NCBI GenBank assembly: GCA_963800175.1
Contig: CAWCZS010000001.1
Location: 71,490-135,489 of the forward strand
Direction: 5' to 3'
Origin: Candidatus Dormiibacterota bacterium
GTDB taxonomy: Bacteria > Chloroflexota > Dormibacteria > Aeolococcales > Aeolococcaceae
DNA length: 64,000 bases
The notes under the pieces are model-generated. The model was not told the DNA's origin and did no database searches. It worked only from the letters and a program-made list of their open reading frames with translations. Positions 22,630-32,613 of this stretch are shown piece by piece. Positions within the stretch are counted from its first letter, which is position 1. Each line of letters begins with the position of its first letter. Both the position numbers and the translations under genes were made by a program.

Positions 22630-25230
22630 TTAGCCGATCAACCGGAGCGGCACGGGCTTCTCCTGGGGGTCGGCCTCGAGACGGTTGCGATCGATGCCGC
22701 CGTGCCGGAGCAACTGCTCGATCTCCACCGAGGGAAGTGGATGGCAGAGGTGATATCCCTGGCCGGCAAGGCATCCGAGGCTCAGCAGACGCGTGACCTG
22801 CGACGCCGCTTCAATCCCCTCGGCGATGACGTGAAGCTGGAGCGCATCCGCGATCGTGACGATGGCTCGAGTGAAGTCCTCCTCAGCTCCGCCGGCGAGG
22901 TCGTCGACGAACGGCTTGGCGATCTTCAGGATGTCGACGGGCAGACGGCGCAGGTAGCTCAACGACGAGTAGCCGGTGCCGAAGTCGTCGATTGCCACAC
23001 GGATTCCCGCGTTGCGCAGCGCCTCGAGCTTCGCGATCACGATCGCCGTGTCCTCGACGAACATCAACTCGGTCAGCTCGAGAATCAACGTCTGCGGCGC
23101 GAGTCCCGTCTCCTTGACGATGCCAAGCACGTCCTCGACAAACGTCGGGGAGTTCAGCTGCACCACCGAGACGTTGACGCAGACGGCGAGAGGCGTCGCC
23201 TGCAGTTTCTGGAATTGCAGTGTCGTGGCGCACGCGGTTCGGAGCACCCACTCGCCGAGTTGCATGATCAGGCCGCTCTCCTCGGCGACGCCGATGAACT
23301 CGCCGGGAGGGACGATTCCGCGCAGCGGATGGTGCCAGCGCACAAGTGCTTCGACTGCACTGATCTCACCCGTGATCAGGTTGACAACAGGCTGGTAGTG
23401 CAGGACGAACTGGCTCAACTCCATCGCGTGCTCGAGCTCGCCGCGGAGCTTGCGCCGGTGCACGACCTCGCTCTCCATGCCGGGTGCGAAGAGCACGTAC
23501 CGATTCCGGCCCGCACCCTTGGCGACGTACATCGCGACATCGGCGTGGCGCATGAGACTCGTCGCGTTTGCGTCGGAGTTGTCTGCAACTGCGATGCCGA
23601 GCGACGCGCGCACGGTCACCGACGTACCCGAGACCGTGAAAGGTTCGCTGAGCACTTGCAGGACACGCCGCGCCACGTGCTCGGCTTCGACCGCGCTGTC
23701 GACATCCTCGATGAGGAGCGCGAACTCGTCGCCGCCGAGGCGCGCTGCGGTATCGGGGCGGCGCAGGCATCCGCGAATGCGCGCCGCGACTTCGACGAGC
23801 AACGCGTCACCGGCTGCGTGGCCGAGCGTGTCGTTGACGCCTTTGAAATCGTCGATGTCGAGGAAGATGACGGCGACGCTCGCGGACCCCTCCGCGCAGC
23901 GGCGCAGCGCCTGCTCGATCTGCTGCCCGAACAGCGAGCGGTTGGCGAGATCGGTGAGCGAGTCGTGGTACGCCTGGTGGGTCAGCTGTTCCTGGAGCTC
24001 TGTCAGCCGCGCGATCGACCGCTCCATACGGCTGTTCTCGAGGATGGCGGTGGTCCGGGTCGCAAGCGTCCGGAAGAGGCGAAGGTCGCGTTCGTCGAAC
24101 GTCCGGGCATCGAGGTGACCGCCGACCATGAGGCTGCCGATCATTCGCGACTCGCCGCGGAGGAGCGCCACCATGGCCTCGCCGACACCGCGCCGATGGA
24201 GCATTTCGGAGCTGGGGTCGCCTTCGATGCCGGCGCGAACGATGACGCCTGCGGTCTCCGCCTCGAGCACATCATCGAGCTCTCCGAGCCCGAGGGCGAC
24301 CATGACTTCGTCGGGTTGTCCGTTGCGGACTATGGTGCGGAACGCCTTCTCGGACGGCTGCGACGGGAACACGGTCAGCTGGGCGATCTCCGCGTGGAAG
24401 ATGGCGCGGGCGCGATTGAGCAGCAGCACGATCGAGGGTTCGAGCTCGCGCCCGGCGAGGGCGTCCACGGCGCCGATCAGGAATTCGGCGGCCTCATGGT
24501 CGTACCGCTCCCGAACCCACGCGCGATGGGTCATCAGCACCGTGATCGTGACCACGGCGAGCGGGACGAGTGCGTAGCGATCCACGGGAATGAGCCGGAC
24601 GGCGATCAGCCCGATGCACATCGCCGCGGCTGCGGCGACGTACGCGGCACGCAGATGGTTGCCGACGTCGATCCAGCTCCCGCGATCGCGCGGCCGCAGC
24701 ACGACGCCTTCGGAGATGCCGCGCCGGAGCACCGTGATGGCTGTCGCCACGATGGCGCCGAACGCGCTGTGCCACACCGGGAGATCCGGGCTGCCCGAGA
24801 TCGTGCGGAACGCCCAGATGCCGATTCCGGCAAAGACGGCGAAGCGAACCATGTCGAGTGCCGTCTGCCAGACAGCCCACGGTCGCCGGGTCGCCGCCGC
24901 AAGGGCGGTGCCGATCACATAGCCGGAAAGCAGGGCAAGCGGCGTTGCGTGGAAGAGCCCGACGACATACGGGGCCGCGGCAAGCGTGATCGCCTGCGTG
25001 CCGCGTCGGGGACTGTCCATCGCCGCCAGACGCGCGGCGGCGAAGAATGCAATCGCGTACATCCACCAGGGGAGGCTGGGCGACAAGTACACCGGTACGG
25101 CGGCCGCGTACCAGACCCAGATGGCAACCGCGATAGCCAGCAGGACGGCGCCAACAATCCACAGTCGCGGGTCGACCCGCGTTCGCCGGTTCCACCCGGC
25201 GATCAGATGACGCTCAAGGCGCGCCATCAC
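22630..25230 (-). CDS. Multi-TM GAF-GGDEF-EAL diguanylate cyclase/phosphodiesterase
   Basis: Several TM helices; RRPD I-site; RLGGDEF; VEALVRW; DDFGTGYSS; AEGIE. Confidence 0.93.
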   Translation of the reverse strand: MMARLERHLIAGWNRRTRVDPRLWIVGAVLLAIAVAIWVWYAAAVPVYLSPSLPWWMYAIAFFAAARLAAMDSPRRGTQAITLAAAPYVVGLFHATPLALLSGYVIGTALAAATRRPWAVWQTALDMVRFAVFAGIGIWAFRTISGSPDLPVWHSAFGAIVATAITVLRRGISEGVVLRPRDRGSWIDVGNHLRAAYVAAAAAMCIGLIAVRLIPVDRYALVPLAVVTITVLMTHRAWVRERYDHEAAEFLIGAVDALAGRELEPSIVLLLNRARAIFHAEIAQLTVFPSQPSEKAFRTIVRNGQPDEVMVALGLGELDDVLEAETAGVIVRAGIEGDPSSEMLHRRGVGEAMVALLRGESRMIGSLMVGGHLDARTFDERDLRLFRTLATRTTAILENSRMERSIARLTELQEQLTHQAYHDSLTDLANRSLFGQQIEQALRRCAEGSASVAVIFLDIDDFKGVNDTLGHAAGDALLVEVAARIRGCLRRPDTAARLGGDEFALLIEDVDSAVEAEHVARRVLQVLSEPFTVSGTSVTVRASLGIAVADNSDANATSLMRHADVAMYVAKGAGRNRYVLFAPGMESEVVHRRKLRGELEHAMELSQFVLHYQPVVNLITGEISAVEALVRWHHPLRGIVPPGEFIGVAEESGLIMQLGEWVLRTACATTLQFQKLQATPLAVCVNVSVVQLNSPTFVEDVLGIVKETGLAPQTLILELTELMFVEDTAIVIAKLEALRNAGIRVAIDDFGTGYSSLSYLRRLPVDILKIAKPFVDDLAGGAEEDFTRAIVTIADALQLHVIAEGIEAASQVTRLLSLGCLAGQGYHLCHPLPSVEIEQLLRHGGIDRNRLEADPQEKPVPLRLIG

Positions 25231-25332
25231 TGCTCCGAAAACTCCGCCTTATGGGCCACCGCCGGGATCGTATGGCCAGATCCGCCGACAGTTTCGCCAG
25301 CTTCGGTGACGGCTTCGTTACTGTTTGCTCAT

Positions 25333-26320
25333 ATGGGCGCGCCGATTGCGGTCGGGACCTGCAATTGGGCCGACCACACTGACTTCTACCCGGCCCAGCT
25401 GGAGCACGGGCGCAGGCAGCGCGACAAGCTCACCTATTACGCCGAGTATTTCCCGATTGTCGAGATCGACACGACCTTTTACGGGATCCCGCGACCGCAG
25501 GTGGTGGAGGGCTGGGTCGAGCGGACGCCCGACACATTCCGCTTCAACATCAAGGCGTACCGGAGCCTCACCGGCCACGAGCGCGAGGATCGCATACCGC
25601 GCCGGCCAACTCCCGATGAGGAACGCGACTTCATGTCGGCGCTTGAGCCACTGCGCTCCAGCGGCAAGCTGGTCGCCGTCCACTACCAGTTCCCGCCGTG
25701 GTTCACCAACCGCCCGGAGTCGCGCGAATGGCTGCTCGCCGCTCGTGACCGTCACCCCGATGACCTGCTCGCAATCGAATTCCGGCATCGCTCCTGGTTC
25801 GACCACGATGCGTGGCCCGGGACGGAGGATCTGCTCCGCGAACTCGAGTGCGTGTATGTCGGCGTCGACGCTCCGCAGATCGGCTCCGGGACTGCGCCGC
25901 CTTTGCTGGCAATCACATCGCCGCGGTTGTGCATCGCGCGGTTCCACGGGCGTAATCGCGAGACCTGGTACAAGAACGGGCCTACCAGCGGAGACCGGTT
26001 CAACTACTTGTACACACCGGACGAGCTCGCCGAATGGATTCCGGCAATGCGCGCGGCGAGCGACTTCAGGCGTGCCGCTCCACGTGCTGCTGAACAACAA
26101 CCGCAGTAACTACGCCGTGGTCAACGCATTCGACTTCGGAGCGTTGCTCGGCCTGGGACTGCCGCGGCCGCCAGAGCCCGTGATCGAGACACTGCGTGAA
26201 CGCGACGGTCGGATCCCGGAGTGGGTCGAGACCTCGACGCCCGTGGCAGTGGCCAGACCCGCCGCGGAGGAGCAGCCCGCCGAGCGGGAAAGCGGGAGCC
26301 AGCTGACCCTCTCGCTCTGA
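25333..26320 (+). CDS. DUF72 (YecE/YunF-like) TIM-barrel protein (frameshift near 26065)
   Basis: IAVGTCNW, VEIDTTFY, FNIKAYRSLT, QFPPWF, IEFRHRSW, RFHGRN. Confidence 0.88.
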
Positions 26321-26395
26321 GGTGCCCATTTGGGGGACAATGGTTGGGGCGGAGGGCGTGATGCCTGCCGGGGTTGGTATTGGAGGTCTTTTGCG

Positions 26396-26650
26396 ATGGC
26401 TATGGCGTCCTCTCGACGCAACGACCGTGGGCGCCGTCCGGCGGCCAGCGGTGTTGTCATGCGCAATGAATCCGCCACGCACGAGGTTGAGGTCTCGCGG
26501 GCGCTCAATCAGTGGGCGGTCACGGTGACCTCGCTGGCCGACAACCGGATGATCACGCAGGACTTCTTCTCCAGGCGGTGGGAGGCTGTCGCCCGCGCCG
26601 AGGACTTCGTCCGGCTCCTGAACCGCTCCGAGCCCCCTCCCGGCTGGTAG
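26396..26650 (+). CDS. Small hypothetical protein
   Basis: SD GGAGGT at 26382 before ATG 26396; GC-rich codon usage. Confidence 0.6.
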   Translation: MAMASSRRNDRGRRPAASGVVMRNESATHEVEVSRALNQWAVTVTSLADNRMITQDFFSRRWEAVARAEDFVRLLNRSEPPPGW

Positions 26651-26656
26651 CCGGGC

Positions 26657-27211
26657 TCAGCCGGCTTCGAGGGCCAGCAGGAAGCGCTTGCGCGTCAAGC
26701 CGCCGCCATACCCGCCGATGGCGCCGCCCGTCCGGACGACCCGGTGGCACGGCACGACGACGGGGATCGGATTCGATCCCAGCGCGTTGCCGACTGCTCG
26801 GGCTCCCCGCGGCGTGCCAACCCCTAGTGCGACGTCGCCGTAGCTCGCCACTGAGCCGTAGGGGATCCGGGCAGTCCGGCGCAGCACCCGCCGCGCGAAG
26901 TCGCCGGTGAGCGACCAGTCGAGGGGCAGGTCGAAGTCGTGGAGCTTGCCCTCGAAATACTTTTCGAGCTCGCGTCGCACCGGGTCGAGACGCCGTGGGG
27001 CCTCGAGGATTCGCGGCGACAGTTGCTCCGCCACCTCACCAAGGACTTCGTCGCGATTCTCGCTCTCGAACGCGATCCGAACCAGTCCTTTCGGCGTGGC
27101 CATCAGCAGCAGCGGCCCGATCGGGCTGTCCATAGTCGTCACCGCCACATCGATCAGGCGCTTCGCCTGCGCCCGCTCGACAAACCGGTCGGTCATCGCA
27201 TTCGTGATCAC
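26657..27211 (-). CDS. ogt: Methylated-DNA-protein-cysteine methyltransferase
   Basis: IPYG, RAVGNA, VPCHRV active site, GGYGGG. Confidence 0.95.
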   Translation of the reverse strand: MITNAMTDRFVERAQAKRLIDVAVTTMDSPIGPLLLMATPKGLVRIAFESENRDEVLGEVAEQLSPRILEAPRRLDPVRRELEKYFEGKLHDFDLPLDWSLTGDFARRVLRRTARIPYGSVASYGDVALGVGTPRGARAVGNALGSNPIPVVVPCHRVVRTGGAIGGYGGGLTRKRFLLALEAG

Positions 27212-27690
27212 CGCAGCTCCCTTCTGAGTTTCTTCAGGCCCTCGTGCACGCTCTGGCGCGCGGAGTCCTGGGTGGTCGACATCGCTTGAGCGATCTCGGG
27301 ATAGCTTCTGTCTCCCGCGAAGCGCAGGACCACTGCCTTGCGCTGCTTGACCGGCAGGCCGCGAACGTGATCCCAGAGCCCCACATCGATCTGGGAATGC
27401 TCGTCAACTGTCGATCCGGGGTCCGGGTCAGCCACTGGAGCGGGCCGGCGGGCCCGTGCTCGGTGGGCATCGATCGCCTTGCGCCGCGCGATCGTGAACA
27501 GCCAGCCGCGCAGGTTGGAGGCGTCCTGAATTCGCGGGTACGCTCGGAGCGCGCTGAGCATCGTCTCCTGAAAGCAGTCCTCGGCTTCGGACGCACCGAC
27601 CGCTCCCGCGAGGAACGTCAGGACAGCTTGCGCGTGCTCGTCGAACACCAACTGGAATGGCGGCAGTGCTGTCGCTTTCACCGTGCTCAC
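27208..27690 (-). CDS. ECF RNA polymerase sigma factor
   Basis: AEDCFQET, WLFTIAR (region 2); LPVKQR...SYPEIA (region 4); 4-nt overlap with ogt. Confidence 0.9.
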   Translation of the reverse strand: MSTVKATALPPFQLVFDEHAQAVLTFLAGAVGASEAEDCFQETMLSALRAYPRIQDASNLRGWLFTIARRKAIDAHRARARRPAPVADPDPGSTVDEHSQIDVGLWDHVRGLPVKQRKAVVLRFAGDRSYPEIAQAMSTTQDSARQSVHEGLKKLRRELR

Positions 27691-27729
27691 TGCATATCAA
27701 ACGCCGGCTCGGGCGCGGTTGTGAGCCGG

Positions 27730-28314
27730 TCAGGCCGGAGGTGCTTCCTCAGCCGGAACCTCAGCGGGAACCTCCACGGGGAAGGCGACCGCGGTCTCGA
27801 TGACGTCGCCCTCGCGCCAGATCGTGAGGAGCATGGTGTCGCCGGGCTGGCGTAGGGAGACGGCCCGGCGGAACTGGTCTGCGCCGCCATTGACGGTGTA
27901 CGGGCCGATCCCGGTGATCACGTCACCCGGCAGGATCCCGGCCACTTCCGCCGGTGACGCCGGTTTGACCTGCCCCACCTCCACACCGTAGGTCGCCGGG
28001 AGCTGCTTCTCCTTGGCGATCTCACTCGTGACCGTGCGGACCGATGCGCCGAAGGAGACGTGTTGCTCGGCGCTGTCCTCGCGCGGAAGGAACCGAGCGA
28101 GTTGCACCGGGTCGTGGCCCACGAGCAGCCGGTCGCCCACCTGAACGACCGGGACGACGACCCTGCCCAACCGGCCGAAGAGGATCGCGTTCGCCGACGG
28201 GTCGCTCAGCACGTCTCGCTTCGTGTACGCGACCCCGCGCTGATCGAGGTATCGAAGGGTCGCCTCCGAAGCCGGGTCCCCGGCACGGACAAAGACCGTG
28301 ACCGCGTCGCTCAC
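27730..28314 (-). CDS. Glutaredoxin-like (no CxxC) plus PDZ domain protein
   Basis: VTVFVRAGDPAS...GVAYTKRDV...VPVVQVG...VG Grx/NrdH pattern; PDZ motif VKPASPAEVAGILPGDVI. Confidence 0.8.
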   Translation of the reverse strand: MSDAVTVFVRAGDPASEATLRYLDQRGVAYTKRDVLSDPSANAILFGRLGRVVVPVVQVGDRLLVGHDPVQLARFLPREDSAEQHVSFGASVRTVTSEIAKEKQLPATYGVEVGQVKPASPAEVAGILPGDVITGIGPYTVNGGADQFRRAVSLRQPGDTMLLTIWREGDVIETAVAFPVEVPAEVPAEEAPPA

Positions 28315-28319
28315 GTCCG

Positions 28320-30865
28320 TCAGGCCTCGGGGGATTCCCCGGCCGCGGCAGGTGCTGTGGTCGGCTGATCGTCCGGAGGAGCTCCGGCGTTCTCTGCAGA
28401 CTCGCCCCCCGGCTGGGTCAGTGCCTGGCCGCGACCACGGCCACGGCGCCGGCGACGGCGGCGGCGGCGCTGGCCGCCTTCCTGAGGCTGGCCTTCCACG
28501 ACCGGAGCGGGCGGACCGGCGATCTCGGCGCCCGGTTCGGTCGAGGCGGTGACGGGAGCCGCGGCGCCACGCCTGCCACGACGGCGGCGGCGGCGCCGTT
28601 TCGCGGCGCGTTCTGGATCGGTCTCGTCGCCGCCCTCACCACCGGATGGCTGTCCCTGTGGACGAGGATCGCCACGCCGTGGCTTGGGCTGGGAAACGAG
28701 TTCGAGTGCACTGAGCCAGCCGCCTGTGGACCGAGACGCCTCGACCAGCATTCCGTACATCAACTCGTCGCCGCTTCGGAGCGTGGCGCTGTCGCCGATG
28801 CAGGCGACCAGTCGCTTGGCGCGCGAGATGGCCACGTTGAGGCGGTTCGGAACTCGCAGGAAGCCGATGCGGCCACGCTCGTTGGAGCGCACCAGGGAGA
28901 TCACGACGATGTCCTCCTCGCGCCCCTCGAACGAGTCGACCGTGTCGATCTTCACCGTGCGCTTGAAGCGGCGCCGGCCGAGCGCCTGGCGGAGCCGCTC
29001 CACCTGCTCGGCGTACATCGCGATCACCGCCATGCTCAGCTCGCGAGGAGCGCGCTCATCGAGAAGGCGAACCACCTGGGCCGCAACGCGAACCTCAGCC
29101 TCGTTGCGGAGCGCGCCGCCGGGGCCGCGCCGCTCGCGGCCGCCGCGCATGCCTTCGGTGTCGACGAAGTGGAGGGCCACCGGGAACGGCTTGCGCGTGA
29201 TGTAGTCGTACGCCTCGACCTCGGGCGCGTTCTCGAGCTGGCTGTCATACGACGCAGCCGAGACGTACGCGGCGATATCCGGATGCATGCGGTGCTGGAT
29301 GGTCAGGAGGCACTGCGCCTCGGCCGGCAGTCCGCCATCCCAGCACTGCTCGAAGAGGCTGCGGTTGACCAGGTCCTCGAGGCCGGGATCGATCTCGACG
29401 ATCCCGTAGAGGGCGTCGTCCTCGACCGGTGGCAACTGCTTGTGGTCACCGACGAGCGCGAGGCTGCGGCCCAGCCGCAGGGCCGGAAGCGCCTCGTCGG
29501 CGCGAGCCTTGTTCGCCTCGTCGAGGATCACGATGTCGAAGTTCATGTCGGTGATGCCGGACGTCGCCGCAGTTGCGCAGGTCGCGAAGTAGCAGTTGGC
29601 CTCGAGCAGGCGAGGGTCGTCCTCGTCGTCGCAGCGGAACTTGTCGACCGCCGGGTGCACGCGCTCGGCGCGGGCGACGCGGACGGCACGCATTCCCGGG
29701 GTCCCGGCGAGGCGCTCGAGCGCGTTGTCGACCGCGAGGTTGCTGTGCGAGGTGACCAGGATCCGCTCGTCAGGGTTCGCCGCCAGCCGGCGCTTGACCG
29801 CCTCGACGATGACCGTGGTCTTGCCGGTACCGGGCGGTCCCTGGATGAACACCGCCTCGCCGGCGGCCAGGCGGCTGAGCAACCCCACCGCGCGGTTCTG
29901 CGGCTTGTTGGGGCGCATGCCGCTCGTCAGCCAGGAGGAACTCGGCGTCCGATTCGTCCTTGGGGGCGATGATCGTCTCGGGGCTGACGAGGAGCTGGGC
30001 GAGCAGCCCGACACCGAAGTCCTTGGTCGCGATGGCGGCGAGCACCGACCGCTTGGCCTGATAGAGCGCTTTGTTGAAGGACGGAGCGATGTATCCCTCG
30101 CTGCCCGGAGTGCTCGAATGTGCGGGTGACGATCTCCACCACGTGACGCTGGTGGTCGATGCGGGCGACGCGGCCGACGAAATTCGTCTCGTCGTCGGGC
30201 TCGATGAGCACTGCGGCGTCAGGGGTGAGGTTGATCGGCTCACCGATCGGGATCTGGAACTCGACCTTGCCGACCTCGGGTGACTTGCGGTCGGCGTCGG
30301 TGAACTCGCGGCCGCAGGACGGGCACCGCTCCTGGCTCTCCGGGCGCCACAGCGCGCGGCAGGTCCGGCAGCGCCAGAACTCACGCGCGCCGTTGAACCG
30401 GGTGCGCTGGGACTGCGCCCGCTGCTTCTCGGCTCGCTCGAGGCTGTCGACCAGCTTGAGCGTCGCGTAGAGCTGCTCCGACCGCGCCGCGTGCTGGGTC
30501 GAGATCCGCCAGTCGAGAAGGCGGAACGTGTCGCTGGCAACGCCGTTTGCCGCAGTCACGATCGGCTCGCGGGTGGTGATCGTCAGGAGCTTTGCGCCCT
30601 CGGGCTGTCCACCCGTCGGCCTGATTGACAAAACGCGCAGGCCGAGGTGCTCACGAGTGCCGTCCGGACCGGCCTGGGCGACGCATTGCAGGACCAGGTC
30701 GGGAAGATCGAGGCGCAGCTGGATCGGATCCTCATCACCGAACGAGACGGAGACGTGGCCGACTTCACCGATGCGTTCGGCAAACACCGACCGTGGATCG
30801 GCTCCAGGCTGCGAACCATTCGCCCATGCTTCCAGGACGACCATGGCATCGCTGCCGTCGGGCAC
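28320..30865 (-). CDS. SF1 Upf1/DNA2-like helicase with N-terminal Zn-ribbon and Arg-rich tail (frameshifts near 30100 and 29930)
   Basis: QGPPGTGKT, SNLAVD, DEA, VGDHKQL, QHRM, TVDSFEGRE, RLNVAISRA; CRTC...CPSC; RRRRRRRGR tails; start approximate. Confidence 0.88.
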
Positions 30866-31122
30866 GATGAGGTGCAGACGATCGAGCGCGAGGTCTGGGG
30901 CTATCAGCGGACTGTCAACCTCGGATGCGTGGTGGCCCCGTCCACCGACGCAATTACTGGACTTCGAGACGGCCTCGGGCTGAGCTCTTTGACGCGGGGC
31001 GACGATCCAATCGACGTCAACCGCGGGGATGCGCGAGGCCTCCCGTCTGCGAATGACTATACCCGATCCCGGCGCGGATGCAACGTGGACGGTGTGAGCC
31101 GCGTCTCAACTACGATCATGCA

Positions 31123-31620
31123 ATGGGCGACGTATCGCAACCCGGCGTTGACCTGAGTGGTATCCACTCAGAGCTCGACAAGCTCAAGTCGCGCCTCTGC
31201 CGGTGCCAGCATCAGGGCACGTGCATGTCCTGCAAGGGATTCGAGGTGATCCGTCAGCAGGTCCAGGTGGTGGTCGCCGCTGCCTCCCAACCCGTGCTGA
31301 TGCAGGTGGCGCAGGAAGTGCAGATGGAGCAACTGATGTCCCAGCTCGGCGGCCTGCAGGAAAAGCTCTCCGAGGATCCGCAACTCCAGGACATGATGGC
31401 GCGCATGTTTGAGCGGGTCCAGGACGATCTCGGCGGACCCGAGCAGTTCCAGCAGATGCTCGGCGGTCTGTTCGGCGGCCTGGGGGGTATGCCTGGCATG
31501 ACGCCCGAGGGCAACGACATCCCACCGGACGACCGTCCGATACCGCCTGACGACCGGAAATCGCCACCCAAGGACAAGCCCACCTCGCCCGACGACCGGC
31601 CGAATACCCCGGCGGAGTAG
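31123..31620 (+). CDS. Hypothetical protein with Cys cluster and Met/Gln/Gly-rich helical region
   Basis: CRCQHQGTCMSC; DPQLQDMM; TACGAT 6 nt upstream of ATG. Confidence 0.75.
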   Translation: MGDVSQPGVDLSGIHSELDKLKSRLCRCQHQGTCMSCKGFEVIRQQVQVVVAAASQPVLMQVAQEVQMEQLMSQLGGLQEKLSEDPQLQDMMARMFERVQDDLGGPEQFQQMLGGLFGGLGGMPGMTPEGNDIPPDDRPIPPDDRKSPPKDKPTSPDDRPNTPAE

Positions 31621-31627
31621 CCGAGCG

Positions 31628-32578
31628 GTGTCCACGGCGCGCCTTCGCCGTTCGGTTCTTGCCGTTCCTGGCAGCAACCCGCGGATGATGGAGAAGGCGG
31701 CGTCGAGCGCCGCCGACGAGGTGTTCCTCGACCTCGAGGATGCGTGCGCGCCGCTGGAGAAGCCGGCAGCTCGCGGCAAGGTGGTCGAGGCGCTGCGGAC
31801 TCACGACTGGCACGGCAAGACGCGGGTCGTCCGCATCAACCAGGTGACCAGCCAGTTCGCGTTTGACGACCTGCGCGAGGTCATGACCGGAGCGGGCGAC
31901 GCGCTCGACTGCATCATGGTGCCGAAGGTGCGCAACGCCGGCGACATCGCGTTCGTCGACCGGGCGCTCATGCAGCTCGAGCAGGCACTCGGGCTCGAAG
32001 TTGGTCGCATCGGTATCGAGGCGCAGATCGAGGACGCCGAAGGGCTCATGCGCGCCGATGAGATTGCGTTTTCGAGTGATCGTCTCGAGACGCTGACCTA
32101 CGGTCCCGCGGACTTTTCGGCGTCGATGCAGCTGCCGTCGCTGTCTGTGCGCAACGACTACAACTATCCCGGCGACATTTTTCACTACGTGCTGTTCAGG
32201 CTTGCTGTTGCGGCGCGCGCCGCAGGCATCCAGGTGATCGACGGTCCGTATCTCGCCATCCACGACATCGAGGGATATCGGGCCTCCGCGTCGCGCGCTG
32301 CAGCGCTCGGTTACGACGGAAAGTGGGTGCTGCACCCGGTGCAGATCGAGCCGGCCAACGAGACGTTCACGCCGGGACAGGCCGACTTCGACAAGGCCGC
32401 GCGGATGCTCGAGGCATACCGGCAGGCAACGGAGGTCGATCACAAAGGCGCGGTCATGCTCGGCGACGAGATGATCGACGAGGCGTCTCGGAAGATCGCA
32501 CTGCAGTTCTATGCGCGCGGTCTCGCTGCGGGGCTCACGCCTTCGCCTGCGCAGAGCGAGGAATCAGCCACCGCCTGA
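31628..32578 (+). CDS. CitE/HpcH family CoA-ester lyase (citryl-/malyl-CoA lyase-like)
   Basis: RRSVLAVPG, LDLEDA, VVRIN, AQIE, GPADF, GKWVLHP. Confidence 0.92.
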   Translation: MSTARLRRSVLAVPGSNPRMMEKAASSAADEVFLDLEDACAPLEKPAARGKVVEALRTHDWHGKTRVVRINQVTSQFAFDDLREVMTGAGDALDCIMVPKVRNAGDIAFVDRALMQLEQALGLEVGRIGIEAQIEDAEGLMRADEIAFSSDRLETLTYGPADFSASMQLPSLSVRNDYNYPGDIFHYVLFRLAVAARAAGIQVIDGPYLAIHDIEGYRASASRAAALGYDGKWVLHPVQIEPANETFTPGQADFDKAARMLEAYRQATEVDHKGAVMLGDEMIDEASRKIALQFYARGLAAGLTPSPAQSEESATA

Positions 32579-32613
32579 CACGGGTGACGCTCGAGCGTTC
32601 CCGTTTGGTGCGG

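Noticed and set aside
22702-26109. 1135-aa plus-strand ORF as a giant DUF72 fusion
   Set aside because: The first ~875 codons are the antisense shadow of the GGDEF-EAL gene; DUF72 starts at ATG 25333.
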